64,000 bases of DNA. It comes from Mobula hypostoma (taxonomy: Eukaryota). Where the stretch lies: NCBI RefSeq assembly GCF_963921235.1, contig NC_086108.1, forward strand, positions 46,068,001 to 46,132,000. The letters are read 5' to 3'. This document shows, piece by piece, positions 13,200 to 25,730 of the stretch; the first letter of the stretch is position 1, and each line of letters begins with the position of its first letter. The translations under genes and the position numbers were made by a program. The notes under the pieces are model-generated. The model was not told where the DNA came from. It was given only the letters and a program-made list of their open reading frames with translations, and ran no database searches.

Positions 13200-13572
13200 T
13201 AGGCAGCTGTCAATCCCAGGGGATCATGGGTTTGCACCTCTGTTGGACTGTGTCCCCTCCGGGGCGCAAGCCTGGGCAGGAAGATCTGAAGAACCGGCTG
13301 TTGCCCATGCAGCGGGTTCCCCGTCTCCACGTCACTGATGTAGTCCAAGGGAAGGGTAAGCACCAGCGTTGTCGCAGAGATTGCCAGTGTGAAGTTGCCA
13401 ACGACAACATACTACCTTAGGGACCCGGCTCCAGATTTCTTCCTCTGGGTTTACTTCCGAAGCCTTTCCCAAGGGTGGGTATGACCGAAAGGCAGTGAAG
13501 GTTTAAAATCAAAGTTACCTTTCTCCTAGGCAGGCAGGTATCCAAGGTTGACGAGCTCCACCTGCCTGAAGT
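13200..13572. mobile_element. Interspersed repeat (probably RTE-associated or SINE-like), with a second copy at about 60680-61140
   Basis: Shared blocks between the two loci (ttgcccatgcagc..ttcccc.tctccacg; ttagggac.c..gctc..gattt; cttctcctagg). Confidence 0.55.
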
Positions 13573-14067
13573 ACTTACTTATTCCTCTCAAATATATATC
13601 ACATTTCTTCATGTTATCATATGCTACCCATGTATCTAACCAATATAATAATCTGTCAGCTTTTTCCTGATGACTTGTCTGGCCTTGAGAGGATAGCCTT
13701 AATAGAAGCCGACCATGAATCACAGGTGCAAAGTCAATTGTTCCTCCTAAGCATGCAACACTTGCCACACATCACATATAATGTTACTCATATATTCTGT
13801 GACAAAATACTAGTTTTCTTTTAAAAAAACATCGAGTCTGCTTTTGAATTAACATAATTTGCTTCACTGTCTGGATAAGAAACCCATTTCGTAGTGTTAA
13901 AGCTGGTTGTGTTTGTGACAAGGCTTCTGACAATTAATTTTGAATTTACCTCTTTTCAGGGTCTAGATAAATTGAAACATCATCGTGATCTATATTTCAT
14001 GGTTCCTTAAGAATCCCCTAGATCAATAATCTTTTCCCTCTACTTCCCTTTCAATAAAACCTGCCCT

Positions 14068-14180
14068 ATTTGATGTAAGTGCTTGGCTGAGGAGCCAGTA
14101 GCGAGAAGCTACCATCCGTGGAATTATGACTGAATGCCTCTAAGTCAGAATCCCACCTAAATGCAGTGATCCCTAGTACC
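14068..14180 (+). pseudogene. 28S rRNA 3'-region fragment (about 110 bp, diverged)
   Basis: gtgcttggctgaggagcca...gaagctaccatc.gtgg.attatgactgaa.gcctctaagtcagaatccc matches a conserved segment near the 3' end of eukaryotic LSU rRNA. No flanking rDNA. Confidence 0.88.
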
Positions 14181-14418
14181 AGGAATCACTGGCTGGCCTT
14201 TACAATCAATATCTGCATCTCCTTGATTCTTCCTAACCATTCTCCAGTATCTCCTCCAGTGGTCCGCACATTCTTGTAATGGCAAGTTGACCAGATTTTG
14301 CATAGATGATTCCAACTGTGTCTGCACTACTGGTGAATAAAATATAATTATCTTTCTTCAATCTGTGCCCTTTAATACATCTCATGAAATGATCTCATTC
14401 ACTGAGGACTGTTGTAAT

Positions 14419-14721
14419 TTTAAGTTAAAGTCTGTCCCAAGCCTTTGTGGCCCATCAGGCAGGTGCCTATGCCGGTTTCTGTGGCGTGAAGTGACTGAGA
14501 GTACGAGACTCCCCCCCCCCACCCCCGCCCCCGCCAGATAGGACGCCAGTCTATCGCGAGGTTAACCCCCAGCATTTTGCTGGTACCCCATTTTCAGCTG
14601 GGTGGACTGGAGCAGTGTGTGGTTAAGTGCGTTGCTCAAAGATACAACACACTGCCTTGGCCTAGACTTGAACCCACGACCTTCAGATCGTGAGCCCAAC
14701 GCCCTAACCACTTGGCCACAC
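14419..14721 (-). mobile_element. Full-length tRNA-derived SINE with TSD
   Basis: Minus strand A-box TGGCCAAGTGG and B-box GGTTCAAGTC, central ttgagcaacgcacttaacc...cacccagctgaaaatggggtacc, tail ending gactttaacttaa. 12-bp TSD gactgttgtaat at 14407-14418 and 14722-14733. Confidence 0.85.
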
Positions 14722-14774
14722 GACTGTTGTAATGGCTGCAACATATTCTCCATCAAAACCCTTCATGCTAATTA

Positions 14775-15005
<231 letters not shown>

Positions 15006-15632
15006 TCAACAACAAGAAATTTCAAGATAACATCAATATGTTCATCAGAAAGTAAAGCAAGCTCCTCTTCTCATCCTCTTAAAAGAGTGCAAACTCGCAC
15101 AAAATCTGAGGGTTTATTCACAGTGACTGGGTGGCAAAATACACAATATGGTGCTGAATAAGGAGAATGCCTAGTGCCTTTCCTCAGTTTTACTGAACTA
15201 ATTGGTCTCATTTGGGGCTTACTAGATGACTATTTGAACTACAGGTTTTGTATTGTTCTTGTGGACATCCTATTATTCTCATTTGCACTGCGTCTTTTAT
15301 ATAAAAGGTGAGAATGAGGTCCTTGATTGATTCAATTGTTGGACCAAAGTATTTAAATTACAGCGTTAGCAATATTAATGGGCTTTTAGGTCTCTGTGCC
15401 CATTGGCTTTTCAAGGTTGATCTTAACTCCACTTACCTACTCCCTTTTTTCCAAACCTATCAAGGATCTGTTGATCTCAGTTCTGAAGTTTTTCTCGGAC
15501 CTCACCTCAACAGCATTTTGGGGGGAAAAGTGTCCCAAATTTCTCCTACTCTCTCGAGGGGAATTATTTTTTTTCCTGCAGATGAAACTGCTTCTATACT
15601 TCAGCCCTTCAAGATCAAACATCTCTTTGTAC

Positions 15633-15852
15633 CTGTGTCCAGTAGGAGCTTCACGATGTGGAAGTTGGAGTGGGAGATACTGTAATGCAGAGCAGTGTTC
15701 AGATTGTCATCTGTTAAGTTCACAATAAAGTGAAGTAGATCTGGTGACATTTCTTGAAGTTCCTGGAGAAAGCATTGAACTCTGTCAGGAGCTGCAGATT
15801 TTTGACTGGAAATCTGGAACCATTCCCACTGAACTGTTCTCAAGTTCTGCCT
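15633..15852 (-). CDS. KANK4: KANK4-like ankyrin-domain exon (RQNLRTVQWEWFQISSQK...NTALHYSISHSNFHIVKLLLDT)
   Basis: KANK-conserved EWFxxSS and NTALHYSxSHSNF motifs. Acceptor ttctatttccccag, donor G|GTACAA, phase 0 to 1. Confidence 0.96.
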
Positions 15853-17921
15853 CTGGGGAAATAGAACATTGAACAAAACATATTATAACAACAAAATGTT
15901 TTCAGTATTATCAAACACTGACCTTTGCAGATTCCTCCCCTTCTCTCCTGAAGGATTTGAAAATGTGGCTCTCTAGAAAGCAATATAAAGACCACATCTT
16001 TCAGTAAGGGGTGTTTTTGCCCTTGAAATGGAAGGTTTTATGTTCATGTCCTGCTAACATGAGGGAATGCTAATGCTGGTGATTGACTTTTTGAAGTAGC
16101 ATTAAAGTGAGAGCCTGTGTGCTCTTCAGAACTTTCAAGAAATTCCATGACACAATTTGGAAAAAGGCAAGATCTTAGTCAACACTTTATCTGCCAATCA
16201 GAAGATTTACAGGCCATTTATATCACTGCTGATTGTGAGGTTTAGTTATGGCAAATAAACTGCCAAATTTACTTTCCTTATGACTCAAAACTACACCACG
16301 GACATTACAGATCAAATTCATATTTTGTATTCATTCTTAGGATGCAGCTAAAACATACAAGGTCATACTTCTTGAAAATCATGGCAGTTGCAAGATGGTG
16401 ATCTAAGAAAACTTCAGAGCATTTTAATAGTCTGCATGTATTTAAGTGACTAGCAAATCAGTCACTTGCCTTCGATAGTCACACTTGCCTGTAACTTAGC
16501 AAAATCTTACAATGCAGAATTGGCTCCATACAGACTGGAGCGGGCCAGCGTAAGACAATGCCTTAATGATTAAAATTGACAAATTCTACCCTCAGCATTA
16601 GCTTGAGAGATCACACTCAGTTACCACCCCAAACTTACTAAACAACTCCGGAAAAGTAAAAATAATAGCATTTATAATTTATTATAAAATTTGTGAAAAT
16701 ACTTACAAAAAATAAGTTCATTTTAATTGCTTAGAAACAGTAAATGCTGGGGTTTGTGCTCCTTGACTGAATTGCATGCAAAGTACCATCGCAGGCCAGT
16801 TCTGAGTGTAACCATCAACTTCTTGTAAATTTGAAATTCAGTCAACACTCTGTGGTTCCAAAGAAGTTGGGGTGGGAAGGGGGAGCAATATCAGAGTTCT
16901 AAGCGGAATTTCTGGCTGTTCAATAGGAAATTACAGTTGCCATATTTGGTCAGAGTCACATGTTGTACACATGACTATCTTGTCCATTAAAACAGTTGAA
17001 ATTCTGCAATAATCCAGCAACACTCATTTTTAAACTGTCATCCAAGTACCATCAAGACTTACTCTATTAGCTTTGCAAGCTACGGTGGGTTTTTTTGATG
17101 CCTCAGTATCTGGGCCAATACCACACTGCCAACTAAGAGTTCCACATATATTGTAGCTCCAGGATTTCCATCACACACAAAAAAATATGCTGAACCATTA
17201 AGGGGGTCATAAAGAAGGCCTTGGTCAGAAGGGTAGATTTTAGGAGGTGTCCCAAAAGAGAAGGGCAAGGTGGTTTTCAGGGGATGAAATGAATCAGCCA
17301 AGGTAATAGTAATACTCAGGTTTAAAGATGTCAAAGGCACTTAACAGTTAGCAATGTCACAGCTCAGCCTAATCCCGTTGTCCTTCAAAATTTACTATTT
17401 ATATTCTGGATTACTGAGTGGCAAGCAGGAACTGTGAATCCTCTTTCTCCTCCTCATTAATCTCAACACATTAAGTCTGATTTTTATGACATTCCTGCTT
17501 GATTATAACTTAGAAACAATCACTTTACACACTTTTGCATTTGTCTTGAGAGAGCTGTCTGTGCCTCAAGTTTCTCCCAGTTGGTTCTTCTGGGGCTAGT
17601 GGCAATGGCAAAATAAGTTTGTTGGCCACCAACAGATGAATTCAGCAGATTTATCTCATTTGACAGGGTCTGAATGGATTTGTCACACATAATGTGCATG
17701 TCAGGGACTAATGTCATTCAGACCTCTTCAAAATCCAGTACAAAGGTAATAACAACCCAAAATAGGGGTTAAACCTTGAACCTTTGTGGGCCTTATTACC
17801 ACAGTAGATAATTAACCACAGACTCATCATTTTCAACAGCAATGTTTAATCATTAGTTAAATATTTAATGCATTCTGCTTTGACTCGAGCAATTAAACAT
17901 AAAGCAGGAAAAATATCGTAC

Positions 17922-18009
17922 CACGCCTTTGTCTTCTGTGGTTCCCAACTCGCTGAGGTGATGCTGCAGGTTTTGACAAGCCAAGTATAAGCTTGGTTTT
18001 GATTCATGC
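17922..18009 (-). CDS. KANK4: KANK4-like exon (RHESKPSLYLACQNLQHHLSELGTTEDKGV)
   Basis: Resembles the helical segment preceding the ankyrin domain in KANK4. Acceptor ttgctcctttcag, donor GTG|GTACGA, phase 2 to 0. Confidence 0.88.
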
Positions 18010-20647
18010 CTGAAAGGAGCAAGACAAACTAAACTGCGTTAGTTATAGTGGAATGGGCACAGGATCTGATAACTTTACCCAATCAAACCAGTGTTATGGT
18101 CATATATTTGATGTACAGTATGTATACTTACAAGCCTATCTTATTACACATTGGTCAATGTGGGTTACACGTGGGCTAGAATTGGACAGTCTGTAATGGA
18201 CTCACATACCATAAATTTCCAAAAAGGGATCAGGACCAGAATCATCTGGTTATGATATCAGCATTTTCAAAACATTTTCTGAACATGGGACACCCTCCAT
18301 TTGAGAATCCTCAATATTTCTCTTTCCCAGGTAAAGGTATTGGGTGGGGCAAATGAAGGTATGTCACCATTCTGCATAAGAGGTTGGTGCAAGTGAGTCA
18401 GAAGGATGTTGTCTCTGAAATGTGTAATGTGTTCATGTGACAGTGCATCTGAGGATGCATTCACTCGCTGTGAAGTCATCAAATGTTGAGCAACATTGTA
18501 TACAGCTCTTTAGGACCTTTCTCCTGACAATGATGTCCTCAACTAGCTCTTTCCAGGACCAGCTCTGGTGTGAAATGACGGGGGACTTTGTATTCAGTGA
18601 GTAAAAGGTTTCATTCTATCTCCAGTGCTCTGCTAGAACGTCAGCTTTTCTGTTCTTGTGCATGCCCTGTCATCTCTTGCAGCAAATGCAAGGACCTCTG
18701 GGAACGATTCCAAGGCCAACTCAATGAACAGCAGGCAATTTCATCCATATTAGAACTGTTAGGATCTCTTCTTGCAGACCCTTATTTTCTACAGCATGAT
18801 TTGGACCGCACATTACTCTGTACCCTGTTTTGAAACCTTGTAAGCATATTCTTTAACCTTTCAGTTCTTCAGAAGTAGGCTGGGTGATAATCCTGCATTG
18901 CCTAATCCTGTTGTCCTTCAAAATACTGAAGTGCTGGTGGCTTGATGGGTTGTATCTGTAAGTTATAACCCAGCTTACCTTTTAAACAACCCTCTTCCCC
19001 CGCTGGGCCCAGACAGATCTCTCTGTTATCAGCAATGCTGTTGGCCTTTTCTGAATCCCTCATCATCATCCAGCCACTCATGGGGCCCCAATCCAAATGA
19101 GCAAAGAACATTTTTAAAAAGTTTGACAGGAAAAGAGCGAGAGAAATAGTGAAGTGAAAGAGAACCAATAGGAACAGAAAGAAATGAACCTGTCAGACAG
19201 AAAATGTGGGATAGCACAATACTGTGCAAAGATATATATATAGTACTGTAGTAAATTTATGTATTGCACTGTACTTTTGTCACAAAAAGAAAAACAAATT
19301 TCATGGCATATGTGAGTGATCTGATTCTGATATGGGTCTCTATTGCGGACTGGGAAGGGGACAGGGAGAGTGGAATCATGGTTAGGAAAATGGGAAGGGA
19401 GAGGGGAAGGAGCAGGACACTAGTGAGACATTTCGTAATGGTCAAAAACCAATTTGTCTGAAATCAAATGACCTTGCCTGGTGTCTCAGGGCTGGTTGTT
19501 TCTGCACCTGCGCTATCCCCCCACCCCTGGCACTTCTTCTCTGTCACCTGTTCCTCACCCCTCCTGCGGTGCTCCACCCCCGTCGGTCCCAACATCTTTT
19601 GCTCCTGCCAGATTTCCAAATTTGCTCTCTGCTCTGCATTGACAAATGCAGTACCGTGCAGAAGTCTTAGGCACTCTAGCCATAAATATGTGCCTCAGAG
19701 GACTGCATATAAGGAGAGGAAATGTCTATCAAGCCCCTCGACTATGTTAGCATTCCATAAGCGCATGACTGATCTGTATCCATTCCACCTCTCTTCATGG
19801 CTGTGGCAAATGGAAGAATTAGTTGATCTTAATCTAAGATGTCAGTTATACCAACTCTGCAGCTTTTGGGGAAAGGAATTTATGTCTGATGCACACTCTT
19901 TCCCATTTTTCAGGTTCCCCATAACTCATCACTGGCCACTTTCTGGGCAGGACTTAATCACTGGTTCAGTGTTATCCTTTTCTCATGGTTAAAACCGATC
20001 TAATCGACCATTTTAACTTGCTCATGGCATGGCTGCCAATGGTGAGCTTGCACTTAGGACCAAGTGGTTGTTCCAGGAACAGTCATGTTTGTACAACAAC
20101 CTACGGCAGATACCATTTATACCCTGCCCAGATTGCTTCGATTTAGAAATGTACTGCAAATTATCCATGTTTCCAAGTGGGGAAGGAAAGAATCCAGTGA
20201 AACAGGTGGAGGAACAAAATTTGCAGGTTGTTTGCATGATCTGAACAATTTATGTGCAGATTGTTCTATTACTCAATCTGTAATGCTTCAATAATGTAAT
20301 ATCGGCATGTTATAGGAGTTAACATGCAGGATCAGAACCAGACTGATTCTATTATTGGTCTTTATTCAGCTTCTCCACATCCATCCAGGAAATTGCCTTT
20401 CATTCTGATTTTCTCCTGTCGAGAATGCACACCCGCTCACCATTAATTGTGTAACTTGTGCCCCACCCTCTGATCATTTGAATTAATGCTTGGAAACTGA
20501 GATTGATTAGCATTTCACACATACATCAGGTAGAACTGAAGTGTGGTAACTCTCTGGGGTTCTGGTTCTATGTCATCCATTTGATCGTAGTGCTTGATAG
20601 TTTTGAATCAAATTTCATCATCATAAATGTCAGAACAATTACTGTAC

Positions 20648-20857
20648 CTTTTAGTGCAATGCTGCGTAATAGTGACTGCAGCATGTCTTGCTGATGGCTG
20701 GACCTCGTCACATCTCGTTCCCTCTGCATCTTTTGATAATTCTGCTTTCTTGTCAGTATCGTGGATTTGATTTCCTTTCTTGATACCTTCCTTTTCCAAG
20801 TCACTGTCTGACCCTCCTTCTGATGAGTTGGAATCTTCGCTTGATGTGGTTTCATAA
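20648..20857 (-). CDS. KANK4: KANK4-like exon (YETTSSEDSNSSEGGSDSDLEK...CTKR)
   Basis: Completes the conserved GYETTSSE motif. Acceptor ttttgctttcaag, donor AG|GTACAG, phase 2-2. Confidence 0.9.
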
Positions 20858-20947
20858 CTTGAAAGCAAAAATCCTTGTTCAAGAATTTTTGCATATCACA
20901 GGTCTTGAATGACCAGAAAACATTATTTAACATTATTAAATGCTCAC

Positions 20948-21059
20948 CCGCCATTTACCCCAATAAACTGAAGATATTTTTTGGCTGAAGAACCACTTGA
21001 TTTGATATTTCCACTGTTCTTTTTCATAATAGATTTAAGAGATGCAGATGGAATCGCAG
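20948..21059 (-). CDS. KANK4: KANK4-like exon (AAIPSASLKSIMKKNSGNIKSSGSSAKKYLQFIGVNG)
   Basis: Conserved KANK motif LKSIMKK...KKxLQFxGVNGG. Acceptor tttttttcttatctatag, donor GG|GTGAGC, phase 1 to 2. Confidence 0.93.
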
Positions 21060-21149
21060 CTATAGATAAGAAAAAAACATTGCTTGGTTATGGCTGTAGT
21101 TGTTTCACAACCAAATTAATAATTTTACTTGGCTGTAAAGGGATCAGAC

Positions 21150-21248
21150 CTGTATCACTGATGCACATTTCCAGCTGGAGGTCAGCCCTGAAGTCCAAAG
21201 ATTCGGAGGATGATGACACTGGCTCTGCATGATGCACGGTTTTGATTT
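21150..21248 (-). CDS. KANK4: KANK4-like putative 99-nt symmetric exon (EIKTVHHAEPVSSSSESLDFRADLQLEMCISDT)
   Basis: Acceptor attgtatttcag, open frame in phase 1, weak donor ACAG|GTCTGA, 90-nt intron to the next exon. Read-through hits a TAA. No recognisable homology. Confidence 0.5.
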
Positions 21249-21624
21249 CTGAAATACAATACAACTACTTCAAGAGAAATTCAAGGATCAAAAACCTTTG
21301 ATGAGCACTGGTCACATTCATGAACTGCAGTCTGACTTGTAAAAACATATGTTAGGATGTGAAGAGGTTTTTTTTTATATCTCCGCCTCTTCACCTCTCT
21401 CCTTCTTCACTTCCCCACTCCTCAGATCTCTCTCATGGTTAATTCAGCCAACTAAATGTGCTGGATTAAAATACTATAATTTTTAATCAACACATATCCC
21501 GAGGGAAAAAAAAGAGCAATCTTTAGAGGCACCAAGTTCAATACCCCATTTCTGCTGAATTATTTACCCTATTTAGGGTGGCAGTTAAGGTATTTAACTT
21601 TAGTTTTTAACACTCAGCGCATGT

Positions 21625-22145
21625 AGAAACTTGTCACTTGTATAAGACGTTGCTAATACCTCATTTGGAGCACTGTGTGCATTTCTGGTCACCATGCTAT
21701 AGGAAAGATAGGCAAGGATGATGCCAGGACTAGGTGGTTTGAGTTATAAGGAGAATCTAGATAGGTTGCGGCTGCTTTCCCTGGAGAGAAGGAGAACAAT
21801 GGGTGACCTAAAACAGGTTTATAAAACCACGAGGGGCATGGATAAGGTGGATAGCAGAATAGCTGAGTCTAAAACTAGAGAGCGTAGCTATAAGGTGAGA
21901 TGGGAAAGATCTCAAGCAATGAGGGGCAATTTTTTTCCACAAAGAGGGTGGTGAGTAGATGGAATGAGCTAGCTGTAAAAATGGTAATGGAAGGTAAAAT
22001 TATAACATTTAAAAGACATTTGGACAGGTTCCTGGGTAGGAAAGGTTCAGATGGATAGGGACCAAATAGTACGAACTGAGCTAGATTCCTAGGCTGGCAA
22101 AGATGAGCTAAGTTGAAGCGTCTGTATCCATGCTATATCACTCCA
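21625..22145 (+). mobile_element. CR1 LINE 3' fragment
   Basis: MMPGLGGLSYKENLDRLRLLSLERRRTMGDL matches the CR1 ORF2 C-terminus. Confidence 0.8.
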
Positions 22146-22439
22146 ACACTTGAGTTTTCCATTTCCAAATGCTACATTGAGAATGAGGAAAAGACTTAGT
22201 TATGATGTCCATTTTTCTTTAAAGAACACATCCATATTTCTTTCTTTTCAGGTGATTAATTTTCCAGTTTTATGTTTGTCCTTCTCAAAACAAAGCTTCC
22301 CAGCTCAGCAGAAAGGCCCCTGACCTAAAATGTTGACTCAGTTTCATTCTCCACAGATACTAACCCAGAAAGTCTTTCCAGTATTTTCTGTTTTCAGTTG
22401 AGATGTTTCAAAGATAGGATTAGAACTACAAGGCACTTA

Positions 22440-23340
22440 TAACCATATAACCATTACAGCACGGAAACAGGCCATCTCGGCCCTTCTAGTCCGTGCTGAA
22501 CTCTTACTCTCATCTAGTCCCACCGACCTGCACTCAACCCATAACCCTCCATTTCTTTCCTGTCCATATATCTATCCAATTTAACTTTAAATGACAACAT
22601 TGAACCTGCCTCAACCACTTCTGCTGGAAGCTCACTCCACACAGCTACCACTCTCTGAGTGAAGAAGTTCCCCCTCAGGTTACCCCTAAACTTTTGCTCT
22701 CTCAACTCATGTCCTCTTGTTTGAATCTCCCCCACTCTCAATGGAAAAAGCCTATCCACGTCAACTCTATCTATCCCCCCTCATAATTTTAAATACCTCT
22801 ATCAAGTCCCCCCTCAACCTTCTACATTCCAAAGAATAAAGACCCAACTTGTTCAACCTTTCTCTGTAACTTAGGAGATGAAACCCAGGTAACATTCTAG
22901 TAAATCTCCTTTGTACCCTCTCAATTTTATTGACATCTTTCCTATAATTCGGTGAACAGAACTGTACACAATACTCCAAACTGGCCTCACCAATGCCTTA
23001 TACAATTTCAATATTACATCCCAACTCCTATACTCAATGCTCTGATTTATAAAGGCCAGCATACCAAAAGCTTTCTTCACCACCCTATCCACATGAGATT
23101 CCACCTTCAGGGAACTATGCACCATTATTCCTAGATCCCTCTGTTCTACTGCATTCTTCAATGCCCTACCATTTACCATGTATGTCCTATTTTGATTAGT
23201 CCTACCAAAATGTAGCACCTCACATTTATCAGCATTAAACTCCATCTGCCATCTTTCAGCCCACTCTTCTAACTGGCCTAAATCTGTCTGCAAGCTTTGA
23301 AAACCGACTTCATTATCCACAACTCCACCTATCTTAGTAT
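22440..23340 (-). mobile_element. CR1 LINE 3' fragment (relatively young)
   Basis: ORFs WAERWQMEFNADKCEVLHFGR, EYCVQFCSPNYRKD and FFTQRVVAVWSELP. The tail reads taaccatataaccat on the plus strand. Confidence 0.92.
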
Positions 23341-23342
23341 AG

Positions 23343-23820
23343 TCAGTGGCCGCTTTATTAATTACCTTCCATACCTAATAAAGTAGGCACTGAGTGCACT
23401 TCTGTGGTCTTCTGCTGCTGTAGCCCAACCACTTCAAGGTCCGACATGTTGTGCATTCAGAGATGCTCTTCTGCGCAGCACCGTTGAAATGCATGGTTAT
23501 GTGGATTACTGTTGCTTTCCTATCAGCTTGAACCAGTCAGGCTATTCTCCTCCAACTTCTCTTATTAATAAGGCATTTTCACCCACAGAATTGCCATTCA
23601 CTGGATTTTTTTTTTGCATTGTTCTCTGTAAGCTCTAGAGATTGCTGTGTGTGGAAATCCCAGGGGATCAGTCGATTCTAAGATACCCAAACCACCCCGC
23701 TTGGCTCCAACAATCATTCCACGGTCAAAGTCAGTTAGATCACATTTCTTCCTAATTCTGTTGTTTGGCCTGGATGACAACTGAACCTCTTGACAATGTC
23801 TGCATGCTTTAAGGCATTTT
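23343..23820 (-). mobile_element. Tc1-like DNA transposon remnant
   Basis: ORF KKCDLTDFDRGMIVGAKRGGLGILESTDPLGFPHTAISRAYRE resembles the N-terminal HTH of fish Tc1 transposases. Short inverted repeat cagtggccgctttatta...taataaagtaggcactg at the left end. Confidence 0.8.
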
Positions 23821-25199
23821 CAAATATCAGGATGTCTACTTTAATGACAGTCAAAAACACATGTTTTCTCTCACATAGCCTACATATAAACACATATAAA
23901 TTGACAAGATTGATTTCATGCTGGATAGTCAAATGATAAGAGTTCTCAATCTCAGCAAGTATTGAAAAATTTTGGCTGTTTCCATCGAAAGATAATTATG
24001 ATTCATTTGTGAGAGGTGTGTAGAATTATGAGAAGACAACAGACAGAGTTCTTGCATTAATGGATATACACTGATACACAGTTATCTCCAAGATATTTAG
24101 AGCAGAGAGCAGGAGAAATAAGATATACAATGAGATATGGATTAAGTCAGTTGGAATTTTTGAATGCAGCAGAACATGTATAAATACTTTAATATCTTCG
24201 AAACTTTTCCTTCATCCACGTCTCTGAGGGAAAATGAGTACTGGGTACAAATACTTATGATGTGATGTTAAATCAGCGGGCTGTTTCTACCCAGCGCCTC
24301 TGCTCACAAGAAATAAATCCATAGACTGGTTCTGTTCCAGCGTTATGATTTCTACATCATTTCATTTAATCTAGCCTGAATTTAAGTCATGTTTTCACAG
24401 GTAGAAAGTCATTATGCTAATCCATCTGTGCCCCAGCTGGTAGCAGGTCTGCACTCCTTCACTTTTTCCAGATTCTTTGCCATAACAAATCATTTTGACA
24501 GTTTAATTGTCAGCAAGGATACCAGATTGTCAAACTTAAAATAACTAAAGCATGATAAATAGATGCCTTGCTGAAACACAATTCATCTATTTTTCTCCCT
24601 GGCTCTGCAAAAATGCAATTTTTGTTAATATTTTCCAAAGTTCAAATTAAATTTTTGTATCAAAGTACATATACGTCACCATATACCATCACGAGATTCA
24701 TTTTCTTCTGGGCATACACACAGGATAGCAAGTTGCTACAATATACGTAATATCTTTGGTGGCAAAAAGAGCAAAAAAGACTGCAGTTGTTGGAAAAGTT
24801 TTAACTGCAACAACAAGTGCTGCAGACACTCATCGGGTCAGGCAGCATCAATGTAGAGAAAAACAGGATCAGCGTTTCAGATTGATAACATCTCATCAGA
24901 ACGAGGTGATCCTCAGTGACAATCTCTTCTGTTAGATAACATCCTCTCAATACTTCCTTTCCTCATTTGTGTCTGAGATGCATTGTGCCTTGACGTTCTT
25001 ATGATATTACAAATTAAACAATATACCACAGCAATCTGACATTGCAATTGGATGTCACTAAGTGGAGTAATGACATGAAAACTGGAAGCCTATTTAATAC
25101 TGAAGAAGGATTTGAGCTGTGAATGAACTGAACTTGGACAATCTTCTCTGTATAAGGTCAGCTCTAGGTGGAGTAAGAATGTGAGGAGAGGTTTCCTTG

Positions 25200-25730
25200 A
25201 ATTGTGGAGGATCAGCCGGAACATAGATGATTCACAGCCCAGTGCTAAACAGGTAAAGCCTCCCAACCACTGAGCACATCTACATGAAACACTGTCGCAG
25301 AAAAGCAGCATCCACTTTCAAAGATTCTCACCACCCAGGCCATGCTCCTTTCTTGCTGCTGCCATCAGGCAGAAGGTACAAGTACCTCAGGATCTGCACC
25401 ACCAGGTTCAAGAACAGTTGCTACCCCTCAATCACCAGGCTCTTGAACAAAAGAAGATAATTACATTCATCGATTGAAATGTTACCACAACCAATGATCT
25501 CACTTTAAGGATTCTTTATCTTGTTATTTCATGCTCTTGTTATTTATTGCTATCTATTTATAATTCCAGTTCAACAGTTTGTTGTCTTCTGTGCTCTTGC
25601 TCTTTCATATCGATCCTGTTTACAGTTACTGTTCTATAGATTTGTTGAGTATGCCTGCTGTAGAAAGAATCTCTGGGTTGTATGTGGTGACATCTATGTA
25701 TTCTAATAATAAATTTTACTTTGAACTTTG
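25200..25730 (+). mobile_element. Rex1-like LINE 3' fragment
   Basis: Similar to the C-terminal HPGH.LF.LLPSGRRY.SL...TTRF.NS motif of the 33.1-34.0 kb element, with a tail ending aataaattttactttgaactttg. Confidence 0.65.

Noticed and set aside
14068..14180. Functional rRNA gene
   Set aside because: Only about 110 bp, diverged, and with no other rDNA unit components.
14660..14721. tRNA gene on the minus strand
   Set aside because: A/B boxes are present, but the sequence continues into a SINE body and tail and is enclosed by a TSD.
15995..16290. Possible ancient DeuSINE-like repeat (also about 2330-2700)
   Set aside because: The resemblance is faint and too diverged to support or delimit without a profile search.
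19468..19992. 174-aa plus-strand ORF as a gene
   Set aside because: It overlaps an interspersed repeat shared with 10.1-10.4 kb and has no recognisable domain or splice context.
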